A stretch of DNA of 64,000 nucleotides from Octopus sinensis (taxonomy: Eukaryota), in NCBI RefSeq assembly GCF_006345805.1, contig NC_043005.1:53506001-53570000 (forward strand), written 5' to 3'. Shown here piece by piece: positions 1 to 13,610 of the stretch. Positions within the stretch are counted from its first letter, which is position 1. The number at the start of each line of letters is the position of its first letter. The notes under the pieces are model-generated. The model worked only from the letters and a program-made list of their open reading frames with translations. It was not told where the DNA came from and searched no databases. A program made the translations under genes and the position numbers.

Positions 1-295
1 TTAATAAAAATACATTCAATTATGATGATGAGAAGGAGGAAGAGGGGGGAGGAGGAAGAGGAGAAGCGTTGGTATGGTGGCGGTGTCGATAGTAGTTGTA
101 GATTGTAGTGGTCTTGTGGTGATGGTATGATGATAGTAGTTTGGTGTGGTGACGGTGGTGGCAGCGATGGTGCTGGTGGTGATGGTTATGGTGATTATGG
201 TGATAATGTCGACTGCGACGGCGATGAATATTAATGAATTATGCTTTTTCTTCTTCTTCTTCTTCTTCTTCTTGTGATGATGATGATGATGATAT
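1..295. repeat. Low-complexity GGT/GAT/TTC trinucleotide-rich region
   Basis: Degenerate (GGT)n/(GAT)n 60-230, (TTC)n 248-273, (GAT)n 275-293. Confidence 0.8.
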
Positions 296-1129
296 AAAAT
301 ATGAAGGCAAAAATAACAATATAAACAACTTCATTTATATTTCATATAAACAGACAAATACAAAATCTTATAAAATTGAGAAACGGGTAAGAAGTGTTAT
401 ACAGCATACAAAGCATTTTAAGATTTCGAAATTTCTCAAAAATGTACCGAGAATTACTCAGTGATTATGTGAAACACGGATAACATTTTAAAAAAGATAT
501 AATTTAACCTTTAGTACACTGTAGGCTCATCATTTCATCGTATGTGTTTTCCCCCCTGTAGTAACAGGGACGTGGCAGGGGACACAGATCTAGAGAAAAT
601 GCAGTGTGCTGAAAGTTAAGGAAACAGAAAGCAAATATGGTAACCTACTCAAACAAGAATGTACAACTGACGCTTAGTTTTGATCACAAGAACAGAAGGT
701 TCAAATTACTTCTCTTACCTAGCCTATCCAAGTATTTGTTGGTAGTTTTGGGATTTGCTAAGCTGCGTGAGGCTCCTATTTTTCTGGAACATACTACCTC
801 TAACTTTCATGGACTACAAATGGTCTTTATGAATCGTCTGTCTTTTGTTGAATCATTTACAGCCCTCTATTTCATGTCCAGTTAATATATCAGTCGGTTC
901 GCTATTCTCCCGGTTATATCATTCAGATATATATGTGAACACTTTCCTTGACGTTCATAGCCCTGCGGATCAAAACTACAGAGATCAATAATAATAAAGC
1001 ATTTATAGTTACCCTACCAATATGGTATTGCTTTAAATTCAGCTTAAATGAAAAACTTGTAAGTTCACAAATTTTAGCATATAACAAATCCTCATTCAGG
1101 CTTGATCCCAACGCCAGATTTTCAAAAGC

Positions 1130-1276
1130 CAAATGAGGTGTAGATTTTCAATGCTGGGGTCATCCGGATCCCAAACAGGTATAATATGTCTACGTAGAGC
1201 AAATTCAGAGTGACACACACGGGTCGCGGACGGACGGACGGGCGGACAGACAGAATTTCGCATTTGCTATTATAGA
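1130..1276 (-). mobile_element. 5' terminus of a non-autonomous Helitron
   Basis: Minus strand reads A|TCTATAATAGCAAATGCGAAATTCTGTCTGTCCG(TCCG)n: TC start after A plus a CTGT/TCCG subterminal microsatellite, as in the other Helitrons here. No matching hairpin-CTAG 3' end found. Confidence 0.5.
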
Positions 1277-1356
1277 TGATTCGTTACATAGCCACAAGAC
1301 CAGGAATTACGAGGTAAGATAACAGCCAATTATATTACATTTTCCCCCCAAGCTAC

Positions 1357-1430
1357 TTGGTTGGTACCTATTTTATTAACCCCGAAGTGATGAAATATAA
1401 AATCGGCTTCTGTGAGATTTGAACACAGGC
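1357..1430 (-). mobile_element. SINE family A fragment (core), degraded
   Basis: ggtacctattttattaacccgaagtgatgaaa...gagatttgaac resembles the reverse complement of the family A core. Confidence 0.55.
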
Positions 1431-1479
1431 CATGAAAGACCCCATCTAAAAACTGCTAGGCATTCACTTTCTTTCACCC

Positions 1480-1777
1480 TTTTCAAGCCTAGCCAGGCTC
1501 ATGGGCCCTGTTTCCCGGTTTCTGTGGCGTATTCGTTTCACCCAGCTGGACGGAACGCCAGTCTATCACAGCGTTACTCAAGAAACAGGAAGGAAGAGTG
1601 AGAGAAATTTGGAGCGAACGAGTACGACAGGGGTCACCACCACCTCCTACCGGAGCCTCGTGGAGCTTTAGGTGTTTTCGCTCAATAAACACACACAAAA
1701 CCCGGTCTGGGAATCGAAACCGCGATCCTCCGACCGCGAGTCCGCTGCCCTAACCACTGGGCCATTGCGCCTCCACA
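1480..1777 (-). mobile_element. tRNA-derived SINE family E, tail type 1 (V-domain-like)
   Basis: Minus head TGTGGAGGCGCAATGGCCCAGTGGTTAGGGCAGCGGACTCGCGGTCGGAGGATCGCGGTTTCGATTCCC with A/B boxes; same head as 43170-43542; tail has GATAGACTGGCGTTCCGTCCAGC. Confidence 0.85.
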
Positions 1778-1923
1778 AGCATTCACTTACGAAAACTATT
1801 CTGCAAAACGTCCCATCTTTTTAGATTCATTTGAAATTCCACTACCATTTCCAAAATTATAAAATCTTGGAGGTTTATGAAGAACTGTTATTCAAATTAA
1901 GCTATTATTTCTTTCTATTTTAG

Positions 1924-2120
1924 ACACAAGACCTGAAATTTTGTGGTGGAGGAAGTCAATTATATTGACCCCAGTGCATGGCTTGTACTTATTATATCGG
2001 CCCCGAAAGGATGAAAGCAAAGTCGACCTCGGTGGAATTTGAACTCACAACGTAAAGACGGGCCAAATGTCACTAAACGTTTTAACCGACGCGTTAAATA
2101 CTCTGCCTGCTCAACGCCTT
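1924..2120 (-). mobile_element. SINE family A
   Basis: gtacttattatatcggccccgaaaggatgaaagcaaagtcgacctcggtggaatttgaactc = reverse complement of family A core. Confidence 0.85.
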
Positions 2121-2800
2121 AAATTATGTTAATATTAAGAATTATTGTGTGTATTCTCAGTCACTTTTATGCTCTCTGATTTGCACATAACGTAGAAAAT
2201 AGTGGGAAAATGGGTTTTGCATCACATGTCTTTATGCTACAACAGGAATGTCGCGAGCGTAGTACTCGCGATAATCCTGCTATATGCTTATGCTGTTGTT
2301 GTTGTTGTTGTTGTTATAGGATTATTATCGTTATTTGCTGTCGTTGTTGTTTTGGTTTGGCCTCGACACACAAAAGGAGAAGAAGAGATCTAAAACGACG
2401 CTGACTACAGAAGGATTTGAGATCGAAACAGTGGGCTAAATACGCATGTCCTGTATTTCACTGACTGCGACATTTTTGTGTTACATTAATAAGAAATATT
2501 TTGATACAAGAGAACATGCACACAAACTCAAACATACGTACATAGGCACGTTAATGCATATATACATACAAACACACACATACAATTATATAGTGCAATT
2601 TAAAGTTAGTTTACATGCAAAAATTCAATCTCTATACAATTTCCACTTGAATTCTTATTTATTCAACGAGTAAACAAGGAGAAACCGTATTAGAGTCAGG
2701 GTCTCTCTTGATTCGTTTCAATAGTTAAACAGATCACAGAGTACGTACACGAAAAAGCAAAACAGAAAGGTTTGTTTATAAATTATTTAGTTTCATCATC

Positions 2801-2835
2801 TTACACACGCACACACACACACACGCACACACACG

Positions 2836-2867
<32 letters not shown>

Positions 2868-2998
2868 TTTATACAGAAAGAAAGAGATTGATAGCTAGAT
2901 ATGGTATGTGTGAGTATACATGTGTGTGTGTGTGGTATATATAAATGTATGTATGTATGTATGTATGTATGTATGTATGTAGTATGTATGTATGCATG
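2801..2998. repeat. (CA)n and (TATG)n microsatellites
   Basis: Direct reading. Confidence 0.9.
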
Positions 2999-3269
2999 TA
3001 TATATGAATATAAGTATGTAAGTCTGTATGCATTTCATTAATAATAAATAATGTGTTTTAGAAGGAAAATCTTATAAGCAGATTATGTAGTCAAATCTCC
3101 AGAGATTGCAAAACTCCCACTAGTAACCTTTATGATTTATCCTGTTGGGGACAGAAGCATGGTGCGGACCACAACTACTGTGCTAAAGTAGGTTCAATAA
3201 TTCGCTTATATAGGTAGTAAGAGTATGATGAATATTTTGTTGTCATTCGGAATTACATGAATCAAGTTT

Positions 3270-3272
3270 TAT

Positions 3273-3306
<34 letters not shown>

Positions 3307-3320
3307 ATTATTATTATTAT

Positions 3321-3412
<92 letters not shown>

Positions 3413-3465
3413 TTATTATTATTATTTTTATTATTGTTATTATTATTGTTATTATTTTTATTGTT
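3270..3465. repeat. Compound microsatellite (TA)n-(TAC)n-(CAC)n-(TAC)n-(TAT)n
   Basis: Direct reading; source of the spurious ORF 3262-3519. Confidence 0.95.
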
Positions 3466-3470
3466 TTTAA

Positions 3471-3675
3471 TGCGAGCTGGCAGAATCGTTACCACACCGG
3501 ACAAAATGCTTAACGGCATTTCGCCCGTCCTTAAGTTCTGAGATCAAATTCCGTCAAGGTAGATTTAGCGTTTCCTCTTTTCGTGCTCGATAAAACAAGT
3601 GCCAGTTAATTACTGGTATCGACTTACCCACTCCCATCCAATAACAGGCCCTGTGCCTATAGATGAAAGGGTTAC
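3471..3675 (+). mobile_element. SINE family A
   Basis: gcgagctggcagaatcgtta...aaatgcttaacggcatttcg...gagatcaaattcc head and core. Confidence 0.85.
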
Positions 3676-3900
3676 TATCATCATGGAAGGCGGCATTATT
3701 ATTATTATTGATTTTATTATTATTAAAAACAACTTGATTCGGGTCCCTGCCGAATCGGTAATCTGAGCCTAAACGAGACGCCTTTCATTGAAAACCCACG
3801 AAGTCGCATGGAGCCAAATCAAGCCGTTATATATATTCCTACATTTAACTCCTACTATCTGTGTGTGCGTTCCCTTCTTAGGCTTGTCCACTCACCACTG

Positions 3901-3901
<1 letters not shown>

Positions 3902-3956
<55 letters not shown>

Positions 3957-3957
3957 A

Positions 3958-4007
<50 letters not shown>

Positions 4008-4008
4008 A
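3902..4008. repeat. (TA)n(TG)n microsatellite
   Basis: Direct reading. Confidence 0.95.
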
Positions 4009-4010
4009 TA

Positions 4011-4362
4011 GGAGTGGCTGTGTGGTAAGTAGCTTACTTACCAACCACATGGTTCTGTGTTCAATCCCATTGCGTGACACCTTGGGCAAGTGACTTCTAC
4101 TATAGCCTTGGGCCGATCAAAGCCTTGTGAGTGGATTTGGTAGACGGAAACAGAAAGAAGCCCGTCGTATATATGTGTATATGTGCGTATATGTTTTTAT
4201 GTCTGTGTTTGTCCCCCCAGCATCGCTGACAACCGATGCTGGTGTATTTACGTCCCCTTAACTTAGCGGTTCGGCAAAAGAATAAGTCATGGGGTCGATT
4301 TGCTCGACTAAATGTGGTTCTCCAGTATGGCCACACTCAAATGACTGAAACAAGTAAAAGAG
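4011..4362 (+). mobile_element. tRNA-derived SINE family B (CORE-like accttgggcaagt)
   Basis: ggagtggctgtgtggtaag...accttgggcaagt...gtggatttggtagacggaaac...aaatgactgaaacaagtaaaagag. Confidence 0.9.
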
Positions 4363-4424
4363 TATATATACACTCTCACACACATAGACTTACACACACA
4401 GACACAGACACACACACATACACA

Positions 4425-4477
<53 letters not shown>

Positions 4478-5324
4478 CACACACACACAGACGTGCTTAT
4501 TTCAGTGCCTTGGACATTATTTTCTCGACAGCAACCGCCTGGCTACCTGTATAGGAACACAAGAAATTTATGAAGTTTTTAAAGAAGTGTTAGGGTCAAT
4601 GAAATCAAGGGTGCTGCATTCTAAATGACCGGCCTTCACTATCTTGATCCTGGTTTTATAAAACTGATTCAGTGACATTTGATTTTGATAATAGTTTCTG
4701 ACAGAATTTGAACTTAATATCTAGCAAGATTTGAACTTAATATCCAGAAAAGTAATCATAGTTTGACACATAAGTCTTCCGTAACAGCAGCCATTTTATA
4801 TTAACATTTGAGAATATATTAAGGATGTATTAAGAATTCATTAATATATATGTATATATAAAGCCACACACCTTATAAGGACTAAATATAAGTACTCAGA
4901 GACTACTGCTGCAAAGAAAAATAATAATAATTACGTAAATATCTATATACCCATTATAGCTAATGTCTTCAGAAATTATAATTAAAAGTATGCACTGAGT
5001 GAAGATATGAAAGTTTTATCTTAATGACCAATTAAAGTCAAAGCAGACACGGGAAATAACTCCGTAATTTTAATTAATAAAATTCATTAAAACAGTAAAT
5101 CATAGTGAGGGAATGAATCTAATCTATTGTCGGAATGGTGAGAAATCTGTACAGGTTCCATTGCCTTGGCTTAAAGAAACCAGAATGAGAAATATAGGAT
5201 TTCACAATAGCCAGTTGTATAACTTCTTACGAAGTTTTGAATACTTCCAGTTGATATTAACTTGTAAATAGCACCATTATTATTAGAGTGAGGATTCATT
5301 AGATAGTAAGTATTCCCCGATCAC

Positions 5325-5383
5325 CTCAGATCAATTTTGACCATAATGGTTCAGGCCGTGTCGAACATAATAGCACCACCTGC
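5325..5383 (-). mobile_element. Short Tc1/mariner-like terminal fragment
   Basis: caggccgtgtcgaacataatagcaccacctg is the reverse complement of the insert at 48251 (ccaggtggtgctattaagttagacatggcctg). Confidence 0.4.
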
Positions 5384-5572
5384 GTCAATTTTAATTTGTA
5401 TCGCGTTCAAGTGAGCTGTCTGAGTGAATATCCTTGCTATTTTTGTTGATTGCTTAGCTTTCGTAATCTATTTTCCCTTCTCTCTATTTTCGTTGGAGTA
5501 ATCAATCAGTGATAATTAAAAATTCATAAAATGTTGTACGAACTTAGACAAAGGGTAATTTTAGGTGCACTC

Positions 5573-5576
<4 letters not shown>

Positions 5577-5637
<61 letters not shown>

Positions 5638-5640
5638 CAT
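5577..5640. repeat. (TTA)n microsatellite
   Basis: Direct reading. Confidence 0.95.
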
Positions 5641-5670
5641 CAGCATTATCATTATTGCTGTTGTTGTTAA

Positions 5671-5853
5671 AATGGTGAGGTAGCAGAATCGTTAGCACGT
5701 TGCTTAGCGATATTTCGCATGTCGTTACGTTTTGAGTTCAAATTCCACCAAGGTTGACTTTGCCTATCATCCTTTCAGAGTCGACAAATTAAGTACTTGA
5801 GAAACACTGGATCGATGTAATCGACTATCCCTTGCCCCAAATTCCAGGTCTTG
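5671..5853 (+). mobile_element. SINE family A
   Basis: gcagaatcgttagcac...gagttcaaattccaccaaggttgactttgcctatcatcctttcagagtcgacaaattaagtac. Confidence 0.85.
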
Positions 5854-5884
5854 GATCTCATTGGATCTCACAGAATTTTGCAAT

Positions 5885-6189
5885 TCACATTTTCAGTGAC
5901 TCCTTCTGGGGTTTGTTCATACCACGTCTTTGATTTCCACAGAGCTCCCAATGGATCATTCTTGCCACATTGTCATTGCGTCTTTTGTATTCACGTTGGG
6001 CCAATTTGGGACATTTGCAAACGACGTGCCATACCGTTTCACACCTCTCACCACATTTGTCGTTATCGGTAGTGTTGTCTTTTCTGCACTTAATATAGTT
6101 GGTCCTTAACGCTTGCTCGTGAGCTGCGCAAACATGAGTGCTTCTATCCGTCTTCAGGTCACACCACTTCATCCATAGTCACCGGTTCT

Positions 6190-6190
<1 letters not shown>
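5885..6190 (-). pseudogene. R4/Dong-type non-LTR retrotransposon fragment (zinc-knuckle region)
   Basis: EQALRTNYIK...CETVWHVVCKCPKLAQREYKRRNDNVARMIHWELC, the CCHC/RHD motif of RLE-type LINEs; abuts (TTA)n 6191-6319. Confidence 0.85.
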
Positions 6191-6223
<33 letters not shown>

Positions 6224-6240
6224 CATTATTATTATTATTA

Positions 6241-6319
<79 letters not shown>
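6191..6319. repeat. (TTA)n microsatellite between two Dong fragments
   Basis: Direct reading. Confidence 0.95.
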
Positions 6320-6322
<3 letters not shown>

Positions 6323-6324
6323 TA

Positions 6325-7525
6325 GTCTTATTTTTATCGCGTGCTTTCACTGCACTACCAAGCGCAGCTCTGTTTTCATTGGGTATCGGTTGTGTTTTCT
6401 TGTGGTGTTCTTATTTTCACTATATTGAAAGTTTTTTACGTAAGATGTGTGCGGTGTTTAACAGTGCTGTTTTCCGTATTTCATGTATACTTGTAAGCCC
6501 TGTTTTTTTTTGTTATGTATTTGTCTGAATGTATTTGTTTATACCTAATGAGTCTACTATATTAGGAATTATTTTTGTTCTTAGACTCCACATTCGAATT
6601 ACCTCTATTTCCAGATCTTTGTAGTTTGAAAGTTTCTACGTTTCTTTCAGAAAAACATTCTCACCTGTTGGTATTGAGACATCGATTAGAAAGCATTTTT
6701 TTCTTGGTGATCTCTGACAATTATATCCGGCCTATTTGTTTTAATTTCTCTATCTGTGTTTATTGGCATATCCCAGAGCATGGTTGTTTTCTGTTGTTAT
6801 TCCCTAGCGATGGCATAGCTTCCAGTGTATATAGGTCCAAGCTCTGTCGTGTCTGTGAATATATTCCTTCTAAGCTAGGAATGGCTATAATTTTATCATG
6901 ATCTGTTGCTGTTCCAGCTCTAGTTTGGATTTCAGTTGTTTTAGAGTTTTTGTTGTTTCTTCTTTTTCTTCATAGTTGTTAGGTACTATGACTTCTTTTT
7001 GTATTTATCAGCTCCCTTAAAGACTGAAAACAGTTTTTTTTTTGTGTTATTCGTGTTTGTGGCTATTTGTATTAGTTTTTTCTTGCTTCTGAAGTAGGTG
7101 TTTTTGTAGTGCTATGGTGGTTATTTTGCTATAGTTTTCTATCTGCATAAGGCCTCTACCACCTTCAATGCGTTGTATAAATAGCCTTTCTATGTCAGAT
7201 TTTGGGTGGTGCATCCTAAATCCTGTCAATTTTTTCATGACCTCCTGTTTATTTTGATTAGTTCATTTGGAGTCTATTTAAGAATATTGTAGCTGTAACT
7301 TATAACCGTGACAGCCCGAGTGTTGTTGCCTATTATCTTGTATTTCGCATTGAACACTGTTTTCAGTATTAATCTGACCTGTCTATAGTATTCCTTTTTA
7401 TTTTCTCTTTCGTTTCTGTGTGTGGATCATATCTAGTTCATTGATTCCTATGTATTTCTATATCTGGCTTTGGTCTAGTTCTCTTATTTCATTTGCTTTA
7501 TCTTGTGTGATGTTGCTACTCATAA
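6325..7525 (-). pseudogene. R4/Dong-type LINE 3' portion, degraded
   Basis: Minus frames give MHHPKSDIERLFIQRIEGGRGLMQIE (RT thumb) and the C-terminal KTALLNTAHILRK, followed by a 3' UTR ending at (TAA)n. Confidence 0.8.
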
Positions 7526-7529
7526 CTAG

Positions 7530-7539
7530 TTGTTGTTGT

Positions 7540-7619
<80 letters not shown>

Positions 7620-7646
7620 TTATTATTATTATTATTATTATTATTT
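7530..7646. repeat. (GTT)n(TAC)n(TAT)n microsatellite
   Basis: Direct reading. Confidence 0.95.
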
Positions 7647-7649
7647 TCA

Positions 7650-8750
7650 TTAGCATCTTTCAATTCTGTTTCTATTTATTGCCGAGTGTCTTCCTGACAC
7701 CTAGGGCAGAGAAACGTTCTGTATACATTTGCAGACCATTAAAACTAGCGCACCAGATTGTTCGTTTACAGGATCATGTAATAGAAAAAATGAGGAAGAC
7801 AGAAAGAAAAAGGAAAAAAATAGAATTAGAAAAGTAAACAAATAAAATATAGCGTGGGGAGGAAAGAAAATTTACAGCGACAATGCTCTTCTCAATACGT
7901 GTGACGTACCGGTTAAGACAATCTTTTGCGCTTCCTGCATGGATGGTATGCCCGGGATCATTCTTTAATAATTTTCATTTATTTCTTTTCAACATTCCAA
8001 GTACCTCTACAATCACTAGTATTGTAACCGTCTTGAGATACCACATCATTTCGATCTCGATTAGCAGACCCTTATATTTTCTGAGCTTATCAAATTATTT
8101 TGCCGAGATATTATGGTCACAGAGTATACTCGTGTCAATCAATATTGCTTTTGTCTTTCACAACAATATCTGGTTTATTTGTCTTGATGGTTCGATCTGT
8201 ACATACTGGGAAGTCGCAAAGAATAGTTACATTTTCTCCTTCAGTTACAGCCTTAGGGTGGTGCTTGTAACATTTGTCAGTAGCTTTGATTTTATAATGC
8301 CGACACATTATCCAATGCAGATATTGGCCAACTCTGTCATGTCTTGCTTTGTACTCTACAGGTGCTAAAACCTTACATCCAGAGATTAGGCGGTCGACTG
8401 TTTCTATCCCATCGTTGCAGTATCGGTACGTTGGGTCTACACCATTTTCCCTCACATTTTCTTGATAGTTCCAAGTCAATAAGCTCTGATCTTGGCCAGC
8501 CAAGACGGACCCTTCACTTTCAGCCTTTGGCTCTGAGCTCCGTAGTCACCGATGGGTGTGTTTCTGGTCTACATCAGCTTGTTTGCTACAGGCCACATAT
8601 TTGCCATGCGGAGATTTTTGGTCCCACCTATCAGGCAATTGTTCAAGTGCATTTTGCTTTGCTATTGATTTCACCTTCTTTACAACTACAGTTGCTGCAC
8701 TTCCCTCATGCTGTTCAACCTGGGTATTATGCATAAATTCACTAGAAAAT
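7650..8750 (-). pseudogene. R4/Dong-type LINE 3' portion (zinc knuckle plus restriction-like endonuclease)
   Basis: ORF 8135-8503: YCNDGIETVDRLISGCKVLAPVEYKARHDRVGQYLHW...DRTIKTNKPDIVVKDK (PD..D RLE motif); 3' UTR ends at (TAA)n. Confidence 0.88.
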
Positions 8751-8751
8751 T

Positions 8752-8913
8752 TATTATTGGTATTATTGTTGTTGTTGTTGTTATTATTATTATTATTATT
8801 ATGCTTAGCGGCATTTCGTGCCTTTAGTAGAAAGGATTATTATTGTTATCAATATTATTATCATCATCACCATCATTATCATCATCATAATCATAATAAT
8901 AATAATTATTATT
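8752..8913. repeat. Compound (TTA)/(GTT)/(CAT)/(AAT) microsatellite
   Basis: Direct reading. Confidence 0.85.
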
Positions 8914-10433
8914 AGTTTTACTCTTGTCTGCAATACCACCAACACCAATACTGCTACTGCAGCTGCTGCTACAACCATTCTGCATTACGGAAGAATTACT
9001 TTCTTAAAAATCACCTTATATCGCGGAACTCCGTTACGTGAAATGTGTGTATTCTCAATGACTTTTATGTTCACTGATTTGCACATGACGTGAAAAACAG
9101 GAATAAGGGCTTTTTATTTATTTTATTTTTTAATTTTGCATTAATGGTGAAATATGTAAAGGTCACATAGATAACTCTTTGTAAACTGCTCTCATAGATA
9201 TTAAAACAAAAATGCGAAAGAAACAGCTGTAATGATTCGACATTTATCCATCGTCTCTTATTATTCATTTGCTTATATATATGTGTGCGTGTGTGTGTTT
9301 GTGTGTGTGTTAAAGTAACTTTTAGTTGTTCTATGTTGGTAGTATACTGTAAGTATGCATACTCAGATACACACACATACACACACGACATATAAATATA
9401 TATGAATATATACATAAACAGATACATATATACATACGTACTTAATACAGTGTAAATTGCAGATCCAACCCAGGAATGATTCCGAGAGTAGCGAATGTAC
9501 AAAAGAACCCAAGTGTGGCTCAAATTTCCTAACAGCTGCTTCGGCAGCTATTATATTGATGCATTCTTAAATTACCTCAGAGCAAAAGCTCATCATCATC
9601 AGGTAAATCTAACATATAAACAAGTTATGTAGAAATAAAACTCTTACCCCGACCATAGTAGTTGGTGAGCGTGTCATCAAGTCTGGTTCCACCATGGCAG
9701 GTGGTGAACTAGTCTTCTTCAGCAAATTCGTGTGCGATATTATGAATTCGACTATAGCTGGTAATACTCGGTAGTACTCCAGTGGGCAATAGATTAGCTG
9801 ACAGGGCACACATTTGTCTGCTTTTTGCGAGATAAGGCCATACATCAGAGTGTATGTCATTATTCCTCCTTGCCTCCACAATAATGGGGCTGATTGTTGA
9901 TGTACGCTCTGATATCCAGAGTAACTTGAGACCCTCTTTTGGGGCACACACATCGATACACTCATTAGCCATAGGTTAATGGATTACCTGTGGTGGTCAA
10001 CTCACTGCCCATAATTCCTTCCTGGCTTCCAGTTTAACTCCTCTCTTTTACTCCATAAACAATTAGAAACTCTTTCTCTTCTCACTCCCATTCTGCACAC
10101 AGTTTCCTTTCTTTCTTTCCTGTTACCTCAATGCCTTTAAGTATTCTCCATACTCACCGGACAGGAAATGTACAGCAAAACTTAATTGGGAAGAGCTACG
10201 CCTGACTGCTAACCCTATCCCTGACAATCCTGCATCAGGTTCTGTTCTCGGTGCTCGTGAGTTCAAATGTTTGATCGCACCCTTTTCCCCATGTGACTTA
10301 AAGTACATCAAGGTTATCTCTTTTACCTCCTCAGACGACAAAAACTACATTCGGCATCAATCAGAAACCCCAATATTCAGTTTATTTCTTAAAATAAAAT
10401 TAATTTGAATAACTTGTAATTAGAAATACTTAT

Positions 10434-10871
<438 letters not shown>

Positions 10872-11249
10872 AACAATAACGGTATTAATTACTCATAAGT
10901 GATTCGGCATCAAGGTTGGCTGGTCAACCTGGGGTTATATATGGGTATGGTTGCAGTGTGTGTGTTTGTCTGTGTGATTGTGTGTGTATGTAAGTGTGAG
11001 TGTATATATATTTTTTTATTGTTATACTTTTTATTTGTTCTCCAAAATTTTCTTCAATGCTACTAAGTACATTGTATTTTTGTGTCGCTTTGTTTCTTCG
11101 TACGCAACTTTACATCTGTAGTACTCTCACTTCCTACTTGTCTAGTAAATATTTTTTCTTCTCTTCTTCTTTTGTATATCTTTCTCTCTATATAGCTATA
11201 TACGCAAATGTATTTACACACGCATATGTATACACATGCTTGCATGCGT

Positions 11250-11309
11250 TTCTCTCTCTATATATATATAGACACACTCATACATATCACACATATTCAT
11301 ACATATATA

Positions 11310-11388
<79 letters not shown>

Positions 11389-11600
11389 CATACATATATA
11401 TGAGAGGTAGGAAGGAGGATATAAAAACAAACACATATATGTATACATACATACACATATATAAATATACGTATATATATATATATATGTACCTATATCT
11501 ATTTCCTTCTCCCCAACTCTTGTGTCTAAATATGTGTGCGTGTGTGAGTGTGTATAGATACTTACACACAGTACATATATATATTGTGTGTGTGTATGTG
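11250..11600. repeat. (CT)n, (TA)n, (TG)n microsatellite cluster
   Basis: Direct reading. Confidence 0.85.
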
Positions 11601-12354
11601 TGCATTTATCTAGAGAGTTATCTGCTTTATCTGCCATTTTTTTTTCTGTCAGTATTATCTACCTATCATCTATTTATCTTTGCAGGTTTCAGTGCAGCTT
11701 TCTTTTTGGCAAATACACAGACACAGAAGTGTAAATGATATCTCGCACGGAAAAGAAGGTGATGTATTGATTATGGAAATAAATTGCCAGCATATGTAAT
11801 CTAATATTAATAATTTATTAAATTCAAAAACTTTCTGATAAACAAAAAATAAATCATCTCTCCTAGTTTTTTTCTTGTCTTATATTTTGTAAATTATTTG
11901 AGAAACAAAAGAATTCCTGTTTTTTTAAGAAAAATTATGATAAAAATTACAGTTTCAAATTTTGTTACAAAGAGAGAACTTTTAGCGAGAGCGGTTTAGA
12001 ACCCAGTACAATGACTGGTACTGTATTTTCCAGCATACAGATTAACGTAGAATATAGTGTAAACATGCGAACATTGTCATTATTTATTCAAATCCTACTC
12101 TATTTCATATGGAACTTTTTAGTCCTACATATTCGTTTTGGGGTACGAGACGATCTACATTTTTCTTTTGGTGGTAAAGTTTGCTCTGAAAAATTCGATT
12201 TGTATGCCGCAGAATAGGGTACTTTAAATTATGGAAATTGTGGTGATGAAAGGTAAAGGTAACTCAGAATGTAAAGCGACAGAAGAAATACACAACGCGT
12301 TTTTCTCTACAATGTAGTGATTCTGCCTACTCGTCGTCTTCGCAATAATGGTTT

Positions 12355-12577
12355 TGGCAGACACGTTAGCGCGCCGGACGAAATGCTTAGCGGTATTTTG
12401 TCTGCCGTTACGTTCTGAGTTCAAATTCCGCCGAGGTCGACTTTGCCTTTCATCCTTTCGGGGTCGATAAATTAAGTACCAGTTACGCATTGGGGTCGAT
12501 GTAATCGACTTAATACCTATGTCTGTCCTTGTTTGTCCCCTCTGTGTTTAGCCCCTTGTGGGTAATAAAGAAATAGG
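12355..12577 (+). mobile_element. SINE family A, tail type 1 (young-looking copy)
   Basis: gagttcaaattccgccgaggtcgactttgcctttcatcctttcggggtcgataaattaagtaccagtt...gtttgtcccctctgtgtttagccccttgtggg. Confidence 0.92.
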
Positions 12578-12659
12578 TTTTGGATATAGATGCACGGTCA
12601 CCAGTTTTCAAGAAAGGGTTTAGACGATGTGATCTACGATGTCATAACAGGAGACGTGT

Positions 12660-12795
12660 AATTAAATTCCGGTGAGGTCGACGTTTCTTTTTATCCTTTC
12701 GAAGTCGATAAAATAATTACCAGTCGAGAATTAGGTTCGATGTAATGGAAGAACCCTCCTCACGAATTTCAGGCCTTGTGCCTATAAAAGGAAGA
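12660..12795 (+). mobile_element. SINE family A 3' fragment, tail type 2
   Basis: aaattccggtgaggtcgac...aatttcaggccttgtgccta. Confidence 0.75.
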
Positions 12796-13050
12796 CTTGT
12801 GAAGTAATACTACAGTACACTTAAATATTCATGATCACCTTCTAAATCAATAAAAGCTTATAAAATAAATAAGAAAAACTATAAGAAAAAGACAGTAGGA
12901 AAGATAAAGCAAAACCTCTGGTACGGCAACGTATATGTAACTAAAACACCTCAAGTATATCTGAAATAAAATAAAATAAAATAAACACTGTTGCACGCCA
13001 GAACACAGGAGCACATAAAAAAAAATCAACCACAGCAAAAATCTAGTGAA

Positions 13051-13084
<34 letters not shown>

Positions 13085-13610
13085 GTAGTATATAACAATA
13101 GGATGTATCTATCCTTGAACTGATGATAAGTTGGCTTCGACATGCATGTTTATCCTTACTGATAAGGAGATCAATTCGAACCGTACATTTATCAAGAAAA
13201 AGTTTAGACTGAAAAAATAAATACATAAAAGAATCTTACGTACTCAGTTATCTCAATTTCTTGTGACCAAGATACTGGAAATGGAAATAATCAGAATAGA
13301 AGTTATGGAAGTACAAAAAAAAATAGATTGAATAATAATGAAGGTGGTAGTTATGATATATGAAAAACATGGACGATAATAAAGCTTAAAACTTTACACG
13401 AAATTAGACAGCTCGGTGCAGTCTGTATTCTTTGTAAGGTCATTTTAGTTTAATAGCGTACGCAAAGCTATTGCTACACAGCTCTCACAGCACATATGCA
13501 AAACAAGCCCCCATCCTTACAACTGCTGCATATCAATAATTAGGGTTATACGAGTTTCGGATGAAACTGCTGAAAACAGAAAATAATAAAATAATAATTC
13601 TTTCTATCAT

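Noticed and set aside
637-1136. ORFs 637-885 and 948-1136 as a viral (Polinton/adintovirus-like) capsid fragment
   Set aside because: Only a vague impression from LLVVLGF; no diagnostic motif, and it probably lies inside a Helitron body.
1700-1777. tRNA gene (also 43465-43542 and the heads of SINE A and B)
   Set aside because: A/B boxes are present, but the sequence continues into a shared SINE body and no complete cloverleaf is evident.
2146-2200. 55-bp match to 9045-9098
   Set aside because: Probably a fragment of a common dispersed repeat; no defining structure.
10142-10162. YSPYSPD as a Tc1/mariner YSPDL motif
   Set aside because: No flanking DDE/D motifs or TIRs.
12870-13050. Possible Dong 3' end before (AAT)n
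   Set aside because: Only a faint GTA-like motif; not alignable to the other copies by eye.
13155-13190. CTGATAAGGAGATCAATTCGAACCGTA as a hammerhead
   Set aside because: C3/A8 mismatch, GAAC instead of GAAA and no clear stem I; too degenerate to call.
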